Origin: Azolla caroliniana
Taxonomy: Eukaryota > Plantae > Polypodiophyta
NCBI GenBank assembly: GCA_043228905.1
Contig: JBHGNT010000007.1
Coordinates: 4,712,001 to 4,776,000, forward strand
Direction of reading: 5' to 3'
DNA: 64,000 nt
Shown here: positions 12,203 through 25,409 of the stretch, one piece after another
Numbering within the stretch: position 1 is the first letter of the stretch
How the letters are laid out: each line of letters starts with the position of its first letter
Program-made: the position numbers and the translations under genes
The notes under the pieces: generated by a model
The model's input: only the letters and a program-made list of their open reading frames with translations
What the model was told of the DNA's origin: nothing
Databases searched by the model: none

Positions 12203-15200
12203 ATGAGAAGGTTTAAAGAACCTCGCTCTCTCGCCGCCCTCGCCCTCTCTCAACGGAGCTGCCCATTCCCATGCCCATGCCGTAGTTATAGCGCAGGAAT
12301 CGGTCGAGGCCGTGGCTTTGGCGATAGCTCTGCACAGTCTGAAGATAATCCATCCCACCCCATCCCTGGTCGTGGTCGTGGTAGGGGAGGAGGAGGTGGA
12401 GGATTCTTCAATCCTTCATTTCTTGGCGCAGAGAAAATAGAACAGAACGACGGAGAAGGAGAAGAAGAAAAAACAAGTTTTGCTAATGTGGGTCCAGGTC
12501 AGATCCCTATCCCTAGTCCCTCTGCCAGAAGAAGCTCACCACTGCAGAGTAGAGCACATGATGATGACAATGATGATGATTTCGTGGAGAGGAAGGGCGC
12601 TCCTATGTCGTCTCGAATGCCTTCTTTGGGATTACAGTTTAGTGGTTTTGGAAGAGGAAAAGTTGTCCAAGAAACATCGTTTCGTTCTTCAGAAGAGCTT
12701 CTTTCTTCAGATCAGGGACGTATTATATCAAAATGGTCTAAATGGGATGAAAAGACAGTGAAAATTGATCTGAAAGAAGATGCTTCTCCTGAGGAATTGA
12801 GACTTATGGGGGATGCAGAAGCACCTATTAATGTGTTACGCCATCCTACACCGGTCATGCAATCGAAACGTATGGATCGGGCTCAACACGGTAGAGGCAA
12901 AACTTTCTCTCTTCTTTTGTATATATTCTCTACGAAAAGAATTTAGAAAAATTTGCTGTTATGTGACCAAAGTCGAAAATTATGATATAAGAGATTTATG
13001 TTGTTCCTTTCATAGCTGAGGTTAGTCACTGACTTTTAAATGTTTGCCTTGTCCAAGCTGAATGGATGACCAAGTTCAATGATGTTTTCTTTTAGTCTTA
13101 TCTGATGAAAGTAGCATAGTTATGAAAGAAGAGAAGAGGTATTGATGTAGGTATCTCTTCTTTCATCACTTGAACGTTGATCACAAATGACTGGGCAGAA
13201 TGATTCCTTGTAGTTTATTTTACCAGTATGTATATTGTTCACTCACACTTGTTATTTGCGAAGGCTGGCAGCAGCCTATTGATCAAACCCAGGGTAATGT
13301 GGAGAAAGAAATGCCGCCTCTGCCAAATACTGCTCAAACACGTTAAGTATCTCGAATATTCTACAGATTTTACAAAGTAGACCATTGTATTATGATTTGA
13401 AATCACTCTATGTTTTGAATATTAAGAGTAGCTCCTATGTACCACATGACAGAGGATAAAAGTAGTAAAGTGCATCCATTCCTTAGAGGTGAGGGCATGG
13501 GCAGTCTTTTGAATTTAAATCTGTCTCAATCCTCGGCATTTAGTGGGGACACAAAGTATGGGAGTGGAACATCACAAGCTGGTGTTGAAAACAAGGTAGA
13601 GGATGCTGATGATTACAGCCAAACTTTCAAACCAGTTATTCAACCAGGATGGTATGCGTTTGCCCCAGAGAAAAGTGCTCCAGGCCCAGGTTTGTCTTGC
13701 TATCATTTATTCTTATCTTGGGATACTGAGATGTTTTCTGGCATGCTGGAAATTTGTAAACTAGATTTGTCTTTACATGGATGAAGTCATTTGATTTAAA
13801 ATGAACTTGTTGTATGTTTGGCATAAATCTTGGGGTTACTACTAACTTACCCATCAGTAATGAAGTTGCATAAATCCATATGAAAACAAGTTGGAAAGTG
13901 AATTATTGAATGTTGATTTTCCACAGGATTAGGACGAGGCCAACCGACTTCGCTTCAAGCACGCTCACCAGGTATGGGTAGTATGGCATTTTCTCCTGAT
14001 GAGGTCGAATCAGTGAATGAACAAGGTAGAAGCTCATACAGTCAGCGTATGGAGGCCGCCCTTCAGAGATCATCTCCACGTTACTCAAGAGATTCAGCTC
14101 CGGAACCTCGCTATGATTACCCTGAAGAACCTACTAGGCCACCACTTAACGAGGAGGATGCAGCAAAACGTGCAATGGATATACTGAATGCACGATTATC
14201 TAGAAGGTACGGAAGGATGGAAGATTGGTCCAGGGATGGAGATGGAGATGCAAATGATGATGATGCGAAGATCAGGAGGAGGTTCCCAGCACAGCTTTCT
14301 AGAGTTTCTAGAGAGAGGAAGGAGCCTAGGAAGCAGATTGAAGAGCTTGAAGCGGCACAACGTAAAGCTCAACTAAGTGAGGGAGATGCTAAGAAAGAAG
14401 CAGAGCGTTTGAAGGCAATGGAAAAGAATGAGGCCATTGAGAAGTTACAAGATATGTGGGACCAATTTATAAAGTCCTATGGAGAGGTAATATATCCTCT
14501 CTAGTCATTCCCCAAAGTAGTAATGTTTTGAAACTTTTTTTGAACATCGCCGAAATAGAATACCTAAAATAGGAAGTTTGTAGGCATATAGCTTAATATC
14601 TTAAGTTGCATAAACTGAGTTTCTTAATGGGTGAGAATGCATGTGAAGAAGCCGTGATTACACTTGAGAAACACATTTCAAACAATCATTGTTTGTGTGA
14701 ATTTACCGTCAAGTTTTACTTATCCCCTTTTTGAACTAAAAAGTAGGGACTTTTTTATTTTTATTTATTTTCTTTTTTTAACGAATATTTTTTTATGCAT
14801 TCGTATGTGTATTTGTATGCATTCATTTGGTAACCTCCGTGAATGTGAATATGTCAATCTATGCTTATGATTAATTTACTGCTTTTGAAATGCAGATGCT
14901 GCTAGAACCTGAGCATGAATTGGGTGATTTTACAAATCCTGATATTGATGAAAAGCCGATGATGCCATTGGAGGAATATCTAGAGAAAGCCAAGCCAGAT
15001 ATCATGAAGACAGGATTATTTACTGAAAAACAGTGGCAAGTATGTTGTCTTACTCTCATTTGGGAATATAATTGATCATTTTAAACTGTTTCACAAATAT
15101 ACGCTAAAGAAGAATGTGTAATGCTTAGACTTAACATGTGATTTGAGAAGGGTTCATATACCATTTGCTTACTGCTGAACTGAAAATTTGCAAAGTGGTT

Positions 15201-18200
15201 GTTTGCACATTTTGCACAACCACGATGTTTTAGAAACTATTTGTGCGAAGATCCTTCTCTTGAGTTCAGTAATTTTCTCTATTTTGGTGAAGCTTTGGAA
15301 GTGACCGGGCGGTCTCAATGACATTAGGATCCTGTGTATACAATAAAGGAAAGTTGATGCTCTCATGGTGCATGCCATCATTTGAGGTTTCTTTCATGCG
15401 ATCAATGAAATCTTATTTCCACAAACTCTGTGATATCTTTCCCGGAATTTCAAGATATTAGAGCTCGTCTAACAAGAGTAACCTGTCAGTTGAGTGTGGT
15501 GGCAGGTCAATGTCCACGATCTAGTAATTACTCTCTTGGTAAACCAGCAATTAAGATCCCTATCACCCTCAATCTTGAGCCATATTCTCTCTCTAGGTCA
15601 CTGAACAGAAATTAGACCTCATAACAGCATAATCTATTATAATGTATTATAATCAGGGATCATGTCCTTAATTCTTTCTTCACACTCTACCCACAAAAGG
15701 TTACACAACATACTTTGTGTTGCGTTCGACTCAAGTTGTGTGCCTCTTCCCCTGCTTCCATTAGCTCTCCTTTTATAGAGTGACGGATCTGATCTAGGAC
15801 CATTGATTGTCCTGCGAGAAATCCTTGGTTTACTTCCATTGCTTCACTTGTTTAGCGTACCTTCAACCAAGCTGTCTTTGTTCCCCTACTTCCGTTGGCT
15901 CTCTATTTATAGTTTCTGATCGGGGTCTTCCCGTGTGATGAGGTTATGCCCAGCTGTCTCTTGTTGCTCATATGCTTTCATGAACTATTATTGGGATGTG
16001 ATCAATCCTTGGTCTGTTTCCACTGCTATGCATGACATTTATAATTGCCTACAATGGCTCCTATGCATCCATTTCTTATCTGCTCACACCCTTTGAGAAT
16101 TGCACCTTTCGTGCATTTAGGGCTTTTGGATCCTGCACACATCTTCTCTCAACATCTTGGGGACATAATCACACATCCTTGCACAAAATGTAAGCATTCA
16201 CCAAACTAAACATAATGACTCAAGAAGTGATTATTGATGCATTATACCATTTGGTGCAATGTTAGGTTGATTATATATATTATATCTAGATCTCTTCAAG
16301 AAAGTGTAGCAATTGGTCGAGCTAGCATTATCTATCTATCTTTCTCTAAGAGATGGTCAACCTTGCATGATGATAGAGAATTCTGTTATTGGTTGTGAGC
16401 TAGATGGTTTCATTTAAAGATGATGTCCAATCATACGACTTTCACCTGTTAAAGAAGCTCTAATTTTCTTTTTGGCTTCCTGACCATAGTGAGGGAGAAA
16501 AAATCTATTGCATGAAACACGTAAAAATGATTTTTTTCCTGACGGATTCCCTGTTTGCAAAATTGTTTTTTGGTACATGAGTAGTTGTGCACATTGACTA
16601 AGCCTTTGCAATTGAAAAAGTAGCCATATTTAGATTCTAATGAATTGTTAATATACGATTGACATTTACTCTCATGTTCTAGTAGTTACCACCTCACACT
16701 CAATTCATTCTAAATATAACTCAAGTTGGTGTTGAGGATAGATTCTTGTAGTGTGGCTAGCATTATGAATGAGAAGTCTGATCATGACTTGGATCTTGCT
16801 GACCATTGATTAAATTTCGAAAATCATGTCATTTGTTCTGCTACATATGGGTGAAGAGAGGTCATGCTGTTTTGCATCCAAGTGTGATATACCCGCAGCC
16901 TTCATTCATATCCCTCCCAGCAATTTCAAGCTCTTTTTAACTCTCTTTTCACAGTTCTTTTTATCTTCAATTGTAGTACTTGTTCGCTGTCTGGCTCATA
17001 GTTCTTGAGATCAGATCATCTCTTATTGAGATCATTGCCGTAGAAAGGATTATTGGGCATGCTTAAGGTTCAAATGTTCAAAATGTTTTAAGGGTTTAAA
17101 AGGTCATGGCCATGGAAAGGGTTATGGAGCACATGTTGTAAGGTAAGGGAGTAAGAAAGTTCACAAGACCGATATTTAGCCTTTGATGGAATTTACAACC
17201 CACATAGGCCTACATTTCCAAACAGCACAAACTCGTTGACAGCACCTTTTGGAGTGACAGGGTCTGAGATCGATGTGGTTCTCATCCTCTGATGCCCCTT
17301 TCCAGGTGGCTTTGAGCTTGGTCGGTTATAGAGGATGTCTCTCCAGAAGAGAACAATCGTCAGTGGTGGTGATTGACATATTCACCCATAATTAGCTTCT
17401 TGCGCAGATGTATACTTGAGAAGAGAGTAAGAATTTAAAAGATTTCACATAGTACATTGATTGGTCCGAAAGCCTGGTGCCCTTGCAGGTGTTTTTTTAA
17501 ACACTGACTATCAAAAGATTACTATGTTTTAGCCAACACCACTTCTGGGAAAAACAGACCCCTAAGCATGTCATGTTGCTGAAAACAGATACTAGTATAT
17601 CAAAATCATGTAGATTTTTTTTCAAGAAAGCCAACAACTTGTTTCAAGCTGAAAACAAAGTGCATAACCATGGCGTAACAACTTGGTGGTTGATAGATCT
17701 GGTGAACCATTTGGTTTCAGCTTGAAAATCCCTCAAATGGTCTGGTTAGAAACATTTTGCATTTCAGTTTGGTTGGGTTTTCAATATTTTTAAACAATTC
17801 GAGTTTTTTCTCCCATTTTTGCTTATGTATCAAGGTTTGGAACTTTGTATTTTCCATTTCTGAAAGAATTGACTATATTTGCAAATGAATATTGTTAAAG
17901 CTGCATCCTTAATCATTCCTGAAATTTTCTCAGTTTTTAGGGTGGTCCAATTTGAAATTTCTTGAACTTGTATCAAACTCATGTAATAGTTGTAACTTCA
18001 TGCAGTAATGTATAGGGTTGTGTGCTGATTCTGCAAGGAATGCTTATATATGGATTTATGTATATTTTATAATCTTCATTACCCTTTTATTGTAACCCTA
18101 ATGGAAATCAATTAGGCTTTCAACCTACAACATCCATGTCTGTCTTTGGTTGTGTGCTAATTCTACAAGTAATGCTGGTATATGGATTTATTTATATTTT

Positions 18201-19193
18201 ATAATCATCATTACCCTTTTATTGTAACCCTAATGGAAATCAATTATAGACTTTTAACCTACAAGATCCATGTCTGTCTTTTGCTCATTTTGCCCATTTT
18301 GTTTGTGTTGCTGGCTGTAAGTACTGGATTTAGAATAAAATAATGTGCTACATTTTCAGTATTCATTTCAGACTTCCATTTTCATGATACCTTCTCCATG
18401 ATAACATCCAGAATGCACAAGTTTCAATGCCAAGTCTCATTTTATGGGGGACATTATTAGAGATCACAATGTCTAGCGTGAGTTATGAATTTCTTTTTAA
18501 TTCACATATGCAGAGGATGGTTGATGGAGTTCTTCAAAATCAATCATACTTTGAGGAGGTGGTCGAAAAGTATAGTGGTCCAGGACGATATACTGCAAAA
18601 CAAGAGAATGAAGATTTAGAGGAAATTGCAAGCACCCTTCCTTCGGATGTCGGCCAAGCTGCTCAAGCATTTGTGCAGAGAAGCTTGACAACATTGAAGG
18701 TGACTACTACCATATCTATATCGGTTGCTTTATACAATAGTTTTAAGGGAGATATTCTTTTAAGATATCATGTATTCCTGTAAATATCAGGGGATTTTGG
18801 TATGTTGTGTTTTCTCTTGGTTCAATATGGTATTGAGGTGTGTATGTAGTATCAATTGATTTGAGAATCATTCCATATGAACATTGAGGCAGTCTCACGA
18901 AAACAAGTTTTGAAAATCAATATTGAGGTAGATTCATATATTTCAGTAATAAATCAGAGTATATGAGATGTCAATGAGAGTGTTAGGGCAGTATAGATAG
19001 CTATTAATATAGTTGATGCATGGATTTTGGTTGGGTGTTATTTGTCATGATGCATTTTTTTTAAGACATGCCATTTTATTAAAACATAAAATTTCCTGAT
19101 TTTCAGAGCAACCCTGGGTTTAACCTTGATGAGAAGCAATGGATGCTTGCAGCTATGGTGGATGAGTTCTCTCAGTACCCAATGTCTACCTAA
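12203..19193 (+). CDS. Homolog of Arabidopsis At1g53645 (plant mitochondrial ribosome-associated, GRG-rich protein), about 666 aa. Exons 12203-12890, 13264-13341, 13432-13689, 13927-14486, 14896-15039, 18514-18699, 19107-19193
   Basis: Conserved C-terminus: EPEHELGDFTNPDIDEKPMMPLEEYLEKAKP, YSGPGRYTAKQENEDLEEIASTLP, LTTLKSNPGF. N-terminal GRGRG motifs. GT-AG junctions are phase-compatible and sum to 2001 nt. The boundaries of exons 1-3 are less certain. Confidence 0.85.
18016..18281. repeat. Intronic tandem duplication, about 132-bp period
   Basis: 'ggttgtgtgct...cattacccttttattgtaaccctaatggaaatcaatta...tccatgtctgtcttt' x2. Confidence 0.9.
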
Positions 19194-20012
19194 ATTTTCA
19201 TTTTTCTGTATCTTTTTTAAAACACTAATTATGGAATTACGTGTTGGGTTTACCAATAAGGTAGATTAGTCAATTGATTGGTTTTTACTCATTGTTAACT
19301 CATGATCAGTGTTCTGTCTGAATAATTTGCCGGGAAATTTGGATTTTGAGTTCATTGTGTGTTTTGCCAGATGTTGTCAATCATAAGGAAAATGAAAGTC
19401 TTTTGCGAACTCTTATCCTATTTATATGTACATTATTGCAGCAAGATGAGGGGTGTGAAATTGTAAAAGAAAAGGTTGGGGAGTATGCCATTAAATTATC
19501 TTACCTTCTTCATAAACTTCAATGCACTGTCTGTTAAATCCTCTTCCGTTTGCATTCTTTGATGTTGCTTTCTCCCCATGATTCAATATGAAAGGGCAGA
19601 GTCATATGAAAAAAGATTATTATTTGCTTAATGCATTATCTCTCAATCGTGAAGAAGGTGATGTGCCACCGGCTTTTAAAATAACACTTTGAAAGGATTT
19701 GCTATATTTTTACAGACCCCATCCCATGTCTTCTGCTTTTGAAAAGCAAACCTAATTGTGAAGCTTTGCTGGCGAAAGCATATCCCCAATAAGAATCACT
19801 CCATCCAATAGCCAAGCACTTTCTCTTGTTGGTTGCTCGACTAGTTTCAGATTCCCTATTGGCTAAGGCAAGCTAATATGATAGAGAAACGGCTATTCTA
19901 TGAAACACAAATGGTGAAGGTTGGTTGATCTATCTAATAGAGCACAAATTGCAAAAGCTACTACTTAATCTTATGGGGAAAAAAGTATTCCCAAGCATTG
20001 TAATGCATTCTT

Positions 20013-20320
20013 TAACCCTGGAGCCTCCTTAACTAACATTTGTTGTTGGCAAGTTGAAAGACAACGAAACATGGAGCATTATATGTTTTTAAAAGACGAG
20101 GCATTGTGTTGGTTTTTTCATTTGAGGGGTCAAAGTCAACATGAAGCAATATGTTTTTAAAAGATGAGGCATTGTATTGCTTTTTTCAAATAAGGAGGGT
20201 GGTCAAAGTCAACACAAAGCATTTTATGTTTTTAATAGATGAGGCATTACAACGCCTTGTTCATATGAGGGGGGTCAAAGTCAACCCTAGAGCCTCCTTA
20301 ACGAAGATTCGTTGTTTGTC
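20013..20320. repeat. Degenerate tandem repeats of about 70 bp
   Basis: 'agca..atgtttttaa.aga.gaggcatt' x3 and 'aaccct.gagcctccttaac' x2. Confidence 0.65.
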
Positions 20321-23153
20321 TAACATCAATTGTACAACCAACAAACAAGAGTTGGTTGCATTGACAGCCAAAAAAGTAGCCTTTTTAATGTGCAACTATA
20401 TTGAGATCTTCTACTGATGTTTAAGAATGACATGGTTCATACCTCCACTTCAATTCAAATTGGCTTCATTCTAGTTTTGGGTATATTATGTAAATTTGGA
20501 TTTATAAGCTATGAAAAACAATCTAGTAATATCGACTACTTTAGCTTCTTGACAATGGAAACCAAGCACCCCCCTTGGTTTTTTTTCCCTAGACTCTAAT
20601 CTATGTATATGTTCAAGGGTGGTGGAAGTCCAAGTTTAAGTATTTGGGTAACATAAAAGGATAAATGCCTACGATAGATACCAAGGAGAAGAGACAAAGG
20701 TGGATAGATGTGTACAATGCTTGACTTGGGGTTTCAAGCATTAATTGTGGCGTGGCGCACACAAACCAATACAAGTGGTATTGATTGTCCTATAACCATT
20801 ATGGAAGAAAAAACGCTTGGAGAACCTACATAAAAGCAAATAAGGAAAATGAAAGGGAGTAACACATACTTCGAGAATTTAACTCATCAAGGGCTTGGTC
20901 CTATTGCAGTAAGAGGTGATGTACAATAGATATTCTTATTATAAAGCTTTGACGTCTTGAAGTCCATATTGTTGTGTGTTGTGAATATTGATAGGAGGTT
21001 AAGTATGATAAGTAAGACCAAAGTGAGAAATTTTCGTGCAATCCTTGTGGATTTGGTTAGTAATGTTCGATTTTCAAGAATCTTACTTTGGAATGTTGCA
21101 ATTGAGAGTAAATGTTAAGACACAGAACGACAACAAGAGAGCGCACACACTATTATGTGAGAGAGGCCTAGGGATATGAATGAGATGTGGTATAGTTTTT
21201 ATATGAAGGCCCGGTCCCCCGCTTGGTCTTGGCAATCCTCCCCGGAATAGAAAACAAATGTAGGGTAGTTCAATCTTGGGTGACTCTTTTCTTTGGGTAG
21301 CCTTAACCATGGTTCATTACCATAACTTTTGATGACTAAGAAGAAGAAGAAGAAGATATCACTCATTCTCAATACCTCATTTCCCTCTAATCCTTCTTCC
21401 ATTTTAGCATCGTTCTTTGTTCTTCCATATCCTCTTTTTTTTTACTTCTTATCTTTGATTTCCTTCTTTTTTCTTTGATCTTCTTCTTTTTCATTGTCTT
21501 CCTCTCTTCCTTTTTTCTAGTAATATATCGTACGTTCTTTTTAAAAATTTAGCTTATTTGGATTTGTTCTATCCATAACTCCTCATATTGATGATGTCAA
21601 TGATCATCACGATTCCTTTTCTCCATCACCATAGGCATTCCAAAGACGATTCATTAAGATGACCATGCTGATAGCTATATATTGAGAACTTGGGACTCAT
21701 GCAAGAGTTTGTGTTGTTTGTTTTATTATTGTTTCACAAACAATGTTGGCACACTCTTGTGGACATTGTGTGAAGTTAGGTAAATGACGAGAAAGTTATG
21801 ACCATTCAAAGTTGTGCCAACTTTTCGTGTGTGTTGTTGGTTGTGCTATGATACACAATTGCATCTAGAATGTTATGGTACCAACATAAGATCATCAATG
21901 AAGTAGATGTGTTAACTTCCAACTGTGCATCTTATAGCATGTTCAATGTAGCCATATTGTCTTTAGCTTGTTGGTTATACAAACTCTCAATTGATATGAC
22001 CAATGTCCAAACCATATATAATCATGATCATATTTCATATGTAGGTTAGGGTAGTGTCAAATGGTGAGTAAGGTATATATTTGTATTTTCAATACATGGT
22101 GGATGATGGAACATATTGATAAATGGATGGTGAATGGAGAAAGTTTGGAGCTAATGACTGTAGCAAGTAAAACGGAAACTTCATAAAAAAACATTGCAAA
22201 GAGTCATTATGTGATCTTTATTTGTAGAAGATATCTTTCGGGAGGATTGGATAGTGTCCATAAGATGCCATCTTCTTTCCAAAAGATTTAAGCACATAAT
22301 AGTTAAGGAATGTGTTAAGAGCTCAAAAAAAAGGTAAGAATGAGATAAAAAGGAAAAGCAAAAGTCATATCATATTTGAAGGAATCAATGGATGTGTTCT
22401 TGCTTTAAAGTTCACATATATGATCTCCAAAGAATTTAATGGAAGCTTATTAAATTACATGTGTCCAAAGGAAGTGGAAAGTTAAACATAAACATATAAA
22501 TCGAAAAGCAATATTTAAGCAAAATAAACGATCACTAAAAGAATCATTTTCATCAAATATAAATGTCTTATAAAAAGTTAAACACAAACATGCACAATAT
22601 ATTTTTACAGTGTATATATGTATGTGTACACATATCTTATGGTGTAGACCTATCTTAAGACAAGCTCCAAAGCAAGAGCACATCTACGGTATCCGAATCA
22701 AAGAAGATGAAAAAATGTTTCATTGTACATTATCTAGAGAAATGTGGGCAACAAATATAATAGGCTTATATTCTTGATTGAACCCACACAATCACATCAT
22801 CAAAATCAACATTATTTTCATATTTGTGCTATATAAATAAGACGCCAACTAGTTTAGAAAGACAAAGATGCACTCTTCTAAATTGACACTTTCTACTATA
22901 TCAATGATCTCAATTGACTTCGATTTCACTTTATCTCTGAATTTTCAAATTTATAGGTAATATGAAGAGCTCACAAGGCACACTTTAGATTTTTAGGAAA
23001 CCTACAAGTTTAGAAATATGAAACATCTTAAACCATCCTCTATTGAGGAAACCACTTTGTATTTCACTAGTAAAAATTTAAAAGAGGATGGCTCAATCTT
23101 GTGTCTAGTTGGGTGAGAAAGACATTAGGTATGTCAAAGAATGTTAAAAGGAA

Positions 23154-23154
<1 letters not shown>

Positions 23155-23207
<53 letters not shown>

Positions 23208-23791
23208 CTTAAAACGTAGTTGGCATTCTAAATAGTAAAGGTCTTCATTTGGAGAGTTTTGATTGGGGGTTTGCCTTTGGGATTAGCTTTAAAGCGACTT
23301 GGACTACCAATGGGCAATTGCTTCTTTTGTATTGTTCAAATGGAAGATAATACTCATCGTTTCATACAATGTCTGATTGCTTGTCGGATTCATCGGTACA
23401 TTTCTCAAATTTGGCAAGTTTTATCTCAATGTTATTTGACGCGAAAACAATTTGCACAATTCACACAGGTGGATCCAAAATTAGAGATGGTGATCATTTT
23501 CCTGTTTCTGAGGTATTCGGGATTGCGTCATAATTGGGATATGCACAATGTTTTTGTATTTGATGGTAGGCATGGAGTCAAATCATATCAACAAAAGTTG
23601 AAGGGAGTACTAATGTAGCAATTTTCTTTATTAGAGCAAGTGGAAATTCTTTCATTCGTGGAGTGTTCATGTTGCATATTGACAATTCAATATGTTCCAC
23701 TACTCATGTAGTGAGTGGGTGACCATACTCCATTGTGACACCCTTTGTAAGTAGTGTTTTTTACACATACTTATTAATATAGTTGTGTTTT

Positions 23792-23833
<42 letters not shown>
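23155..23833 (+). mobile_element. 3' fragment of an L1-like LINE (zf-RVT) between (GT)n(GA)n and (GA)n microsatellites
   Basis: KVFIWRVLIGGLPLG..LKRLG...CFFC....EDNTHRFIQC fits the CCHC zf-RVT pattern. Confidence 0.7.
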
Positions 23834-23839
<6 letters not shown>

Positions 23840-23989
23840 AAAGAGAAAATTTGTTGATTGTTTCAATTATAAGTCTCACACAGAACTTTGATTTTGGCAA
23901 CTTATGGTTGGGATTGAAGCTTGTGATGAGAGCTATGCATTCATGTCGAAACATTCATTTTTAGAGGGCATTTTCATAGCCATGTTTTA

Positions 23990-25152
23990 TAACATTTTGA
24001 TAATCACCATAACTCGCGATTACTAAGAAATCTTTGAAGAATTTGAGGTGAAGGCATTAGGGAAGATCATGTCATAGATATGTAGGAAGAATCATGCACA
24101 CAAATCACAGTTGAGGTGAGGAGGAGAAGTCTGAAAGTAGCTAGCTAGAAATGGACAACTGCTCTACTTGACGACAACCATGGTATGAAGCATACATTGT
24201 CACGGAAATCCACGCGTGCGTGTCAAATAGGACGGGACCACGGGGGTCTTGGACTAGGGAGTAAGAGGAGGGAGAGAAGCTTGGGAGTTCAACCAAGAAG
24301 GAAGAGAAAGATTAAGATTCAAGAGAATAAGATCTAAACAAGACAAGATACATTATGGAAAGCACCACACCAATTACAACCGTGGTCGTGTAGGTCGAAT
24401 GTAAACCCTCTAGATGAAACCCTAATCGGATAGGGGAAAAGAAGAAGAAGAAGATGAAGACGAATGAAACCCCTAAAATGAGATCCTAAACCCAAAATTC
24501 CGAAACCCTAATGGCAACCCAAAGAAACCCAAAAAGTGGAAGCCCCTAAAAAATGGTCCCTCACTCCCTTTTATAGTAGTAAGGGGTGAGGCACATTAAA
24601 AGAAGAGGTCAACGCCCCCTTCTTTCAATGGGGGAATATTTGGCCTTTATCTTAGGAGGAGAGATTGATGGAGCCTTAACTCCCTCTCCTCACACACACA
24701 TTATGCCCACTACTCACTACACCCGTACTTCATGTACTCTCCCTTTAGTTTACATGTGCATGTGCACATAAGTGCACATCACATTTACACTTTATGAATT
24801 TTTGTAGTGCACTTTTAACACCTTACATTTACCCTTCCTTTTTTACATTTGTTTCTTTTATAAATCTTCCAAGTGCATGTGCAATGTTGCACATCCCCAT
24901 TTTATCCATCCCACTTGGTTTTCTCATCATGGCCGAAAATCCTCACAACATTTTGATAATCACCATAACTCGTGATTACTAAGAAATCTTTGAAGAATTT
25001 GAGGTGAAGGCATTAGGGAAGATCATGTCATAGATATGGTGTAGGAAGAATCATGGACACAAATCACAGTTGAGGTGAGGAGGAGAAGTCTGAAAGTAGC
25101 TAGCTAGAAATGGACAACTGCTCTACTTGACGACGCCATAGTATGAAGCATA
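23990..25152. repeat. Direct repeat of about 207 bp (23990-24197 and 24948-25152) flanking a solo LTR
   Basis: 'acattttgataatcaccataactcg...gctctacttgacgac...gtatgaagcatac' is present twice with few differences. Confidence 0.92.
24198..24947 (-). mobile_element. Solo LTR, about 750 bp
   Basis: TGTCAC...CTCACA termini; TATA-like CTATAAAA on the minus strand near 24570; ACAT on both flanks. Confidence 0.65.
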
Positions 25153-25409
25153 CGTACCATTCGTGCATTCGCATTCGCATTCGCATTCGCGAACAGTCTG
25201 ATCATTCGCGTGAGAAAAACACTCTCGAAGTATGGTAAATACCATACTTTTGCACTCATTATTTATTATAAAGTAAATTTTTTTAGGGTAAGAAAGTTAA
25301 GGTAAAAAGTGTTTAAAAAACACAAGAATGTTTCAATAACATACGCATTCGTTTGCATACGTATGAAAACAAATGTTTGAGCTAACGAACACGAATATTA
25401 CGTAATATG
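25137..25409. mobile_element. hAT MITE family B, copy 1
   Basis: Begins CATAGTATGAAGCATACGTACC and ends ACGTAATATG. It is the reverse complement of the copies at 40273 and 45064. Right flank ATGATAAC resembles ACGACAAC, which precedes the duplicated terminus near 24179. Confidence 0.85.

Noticed and set aside
21113-21309. Possible 200-bp TRIM solo LTR (TGTTAAG...CTTAACCA)
   Set aside because: The terminus is imperfect, and there is no TSD, PBS or second copy in the window.
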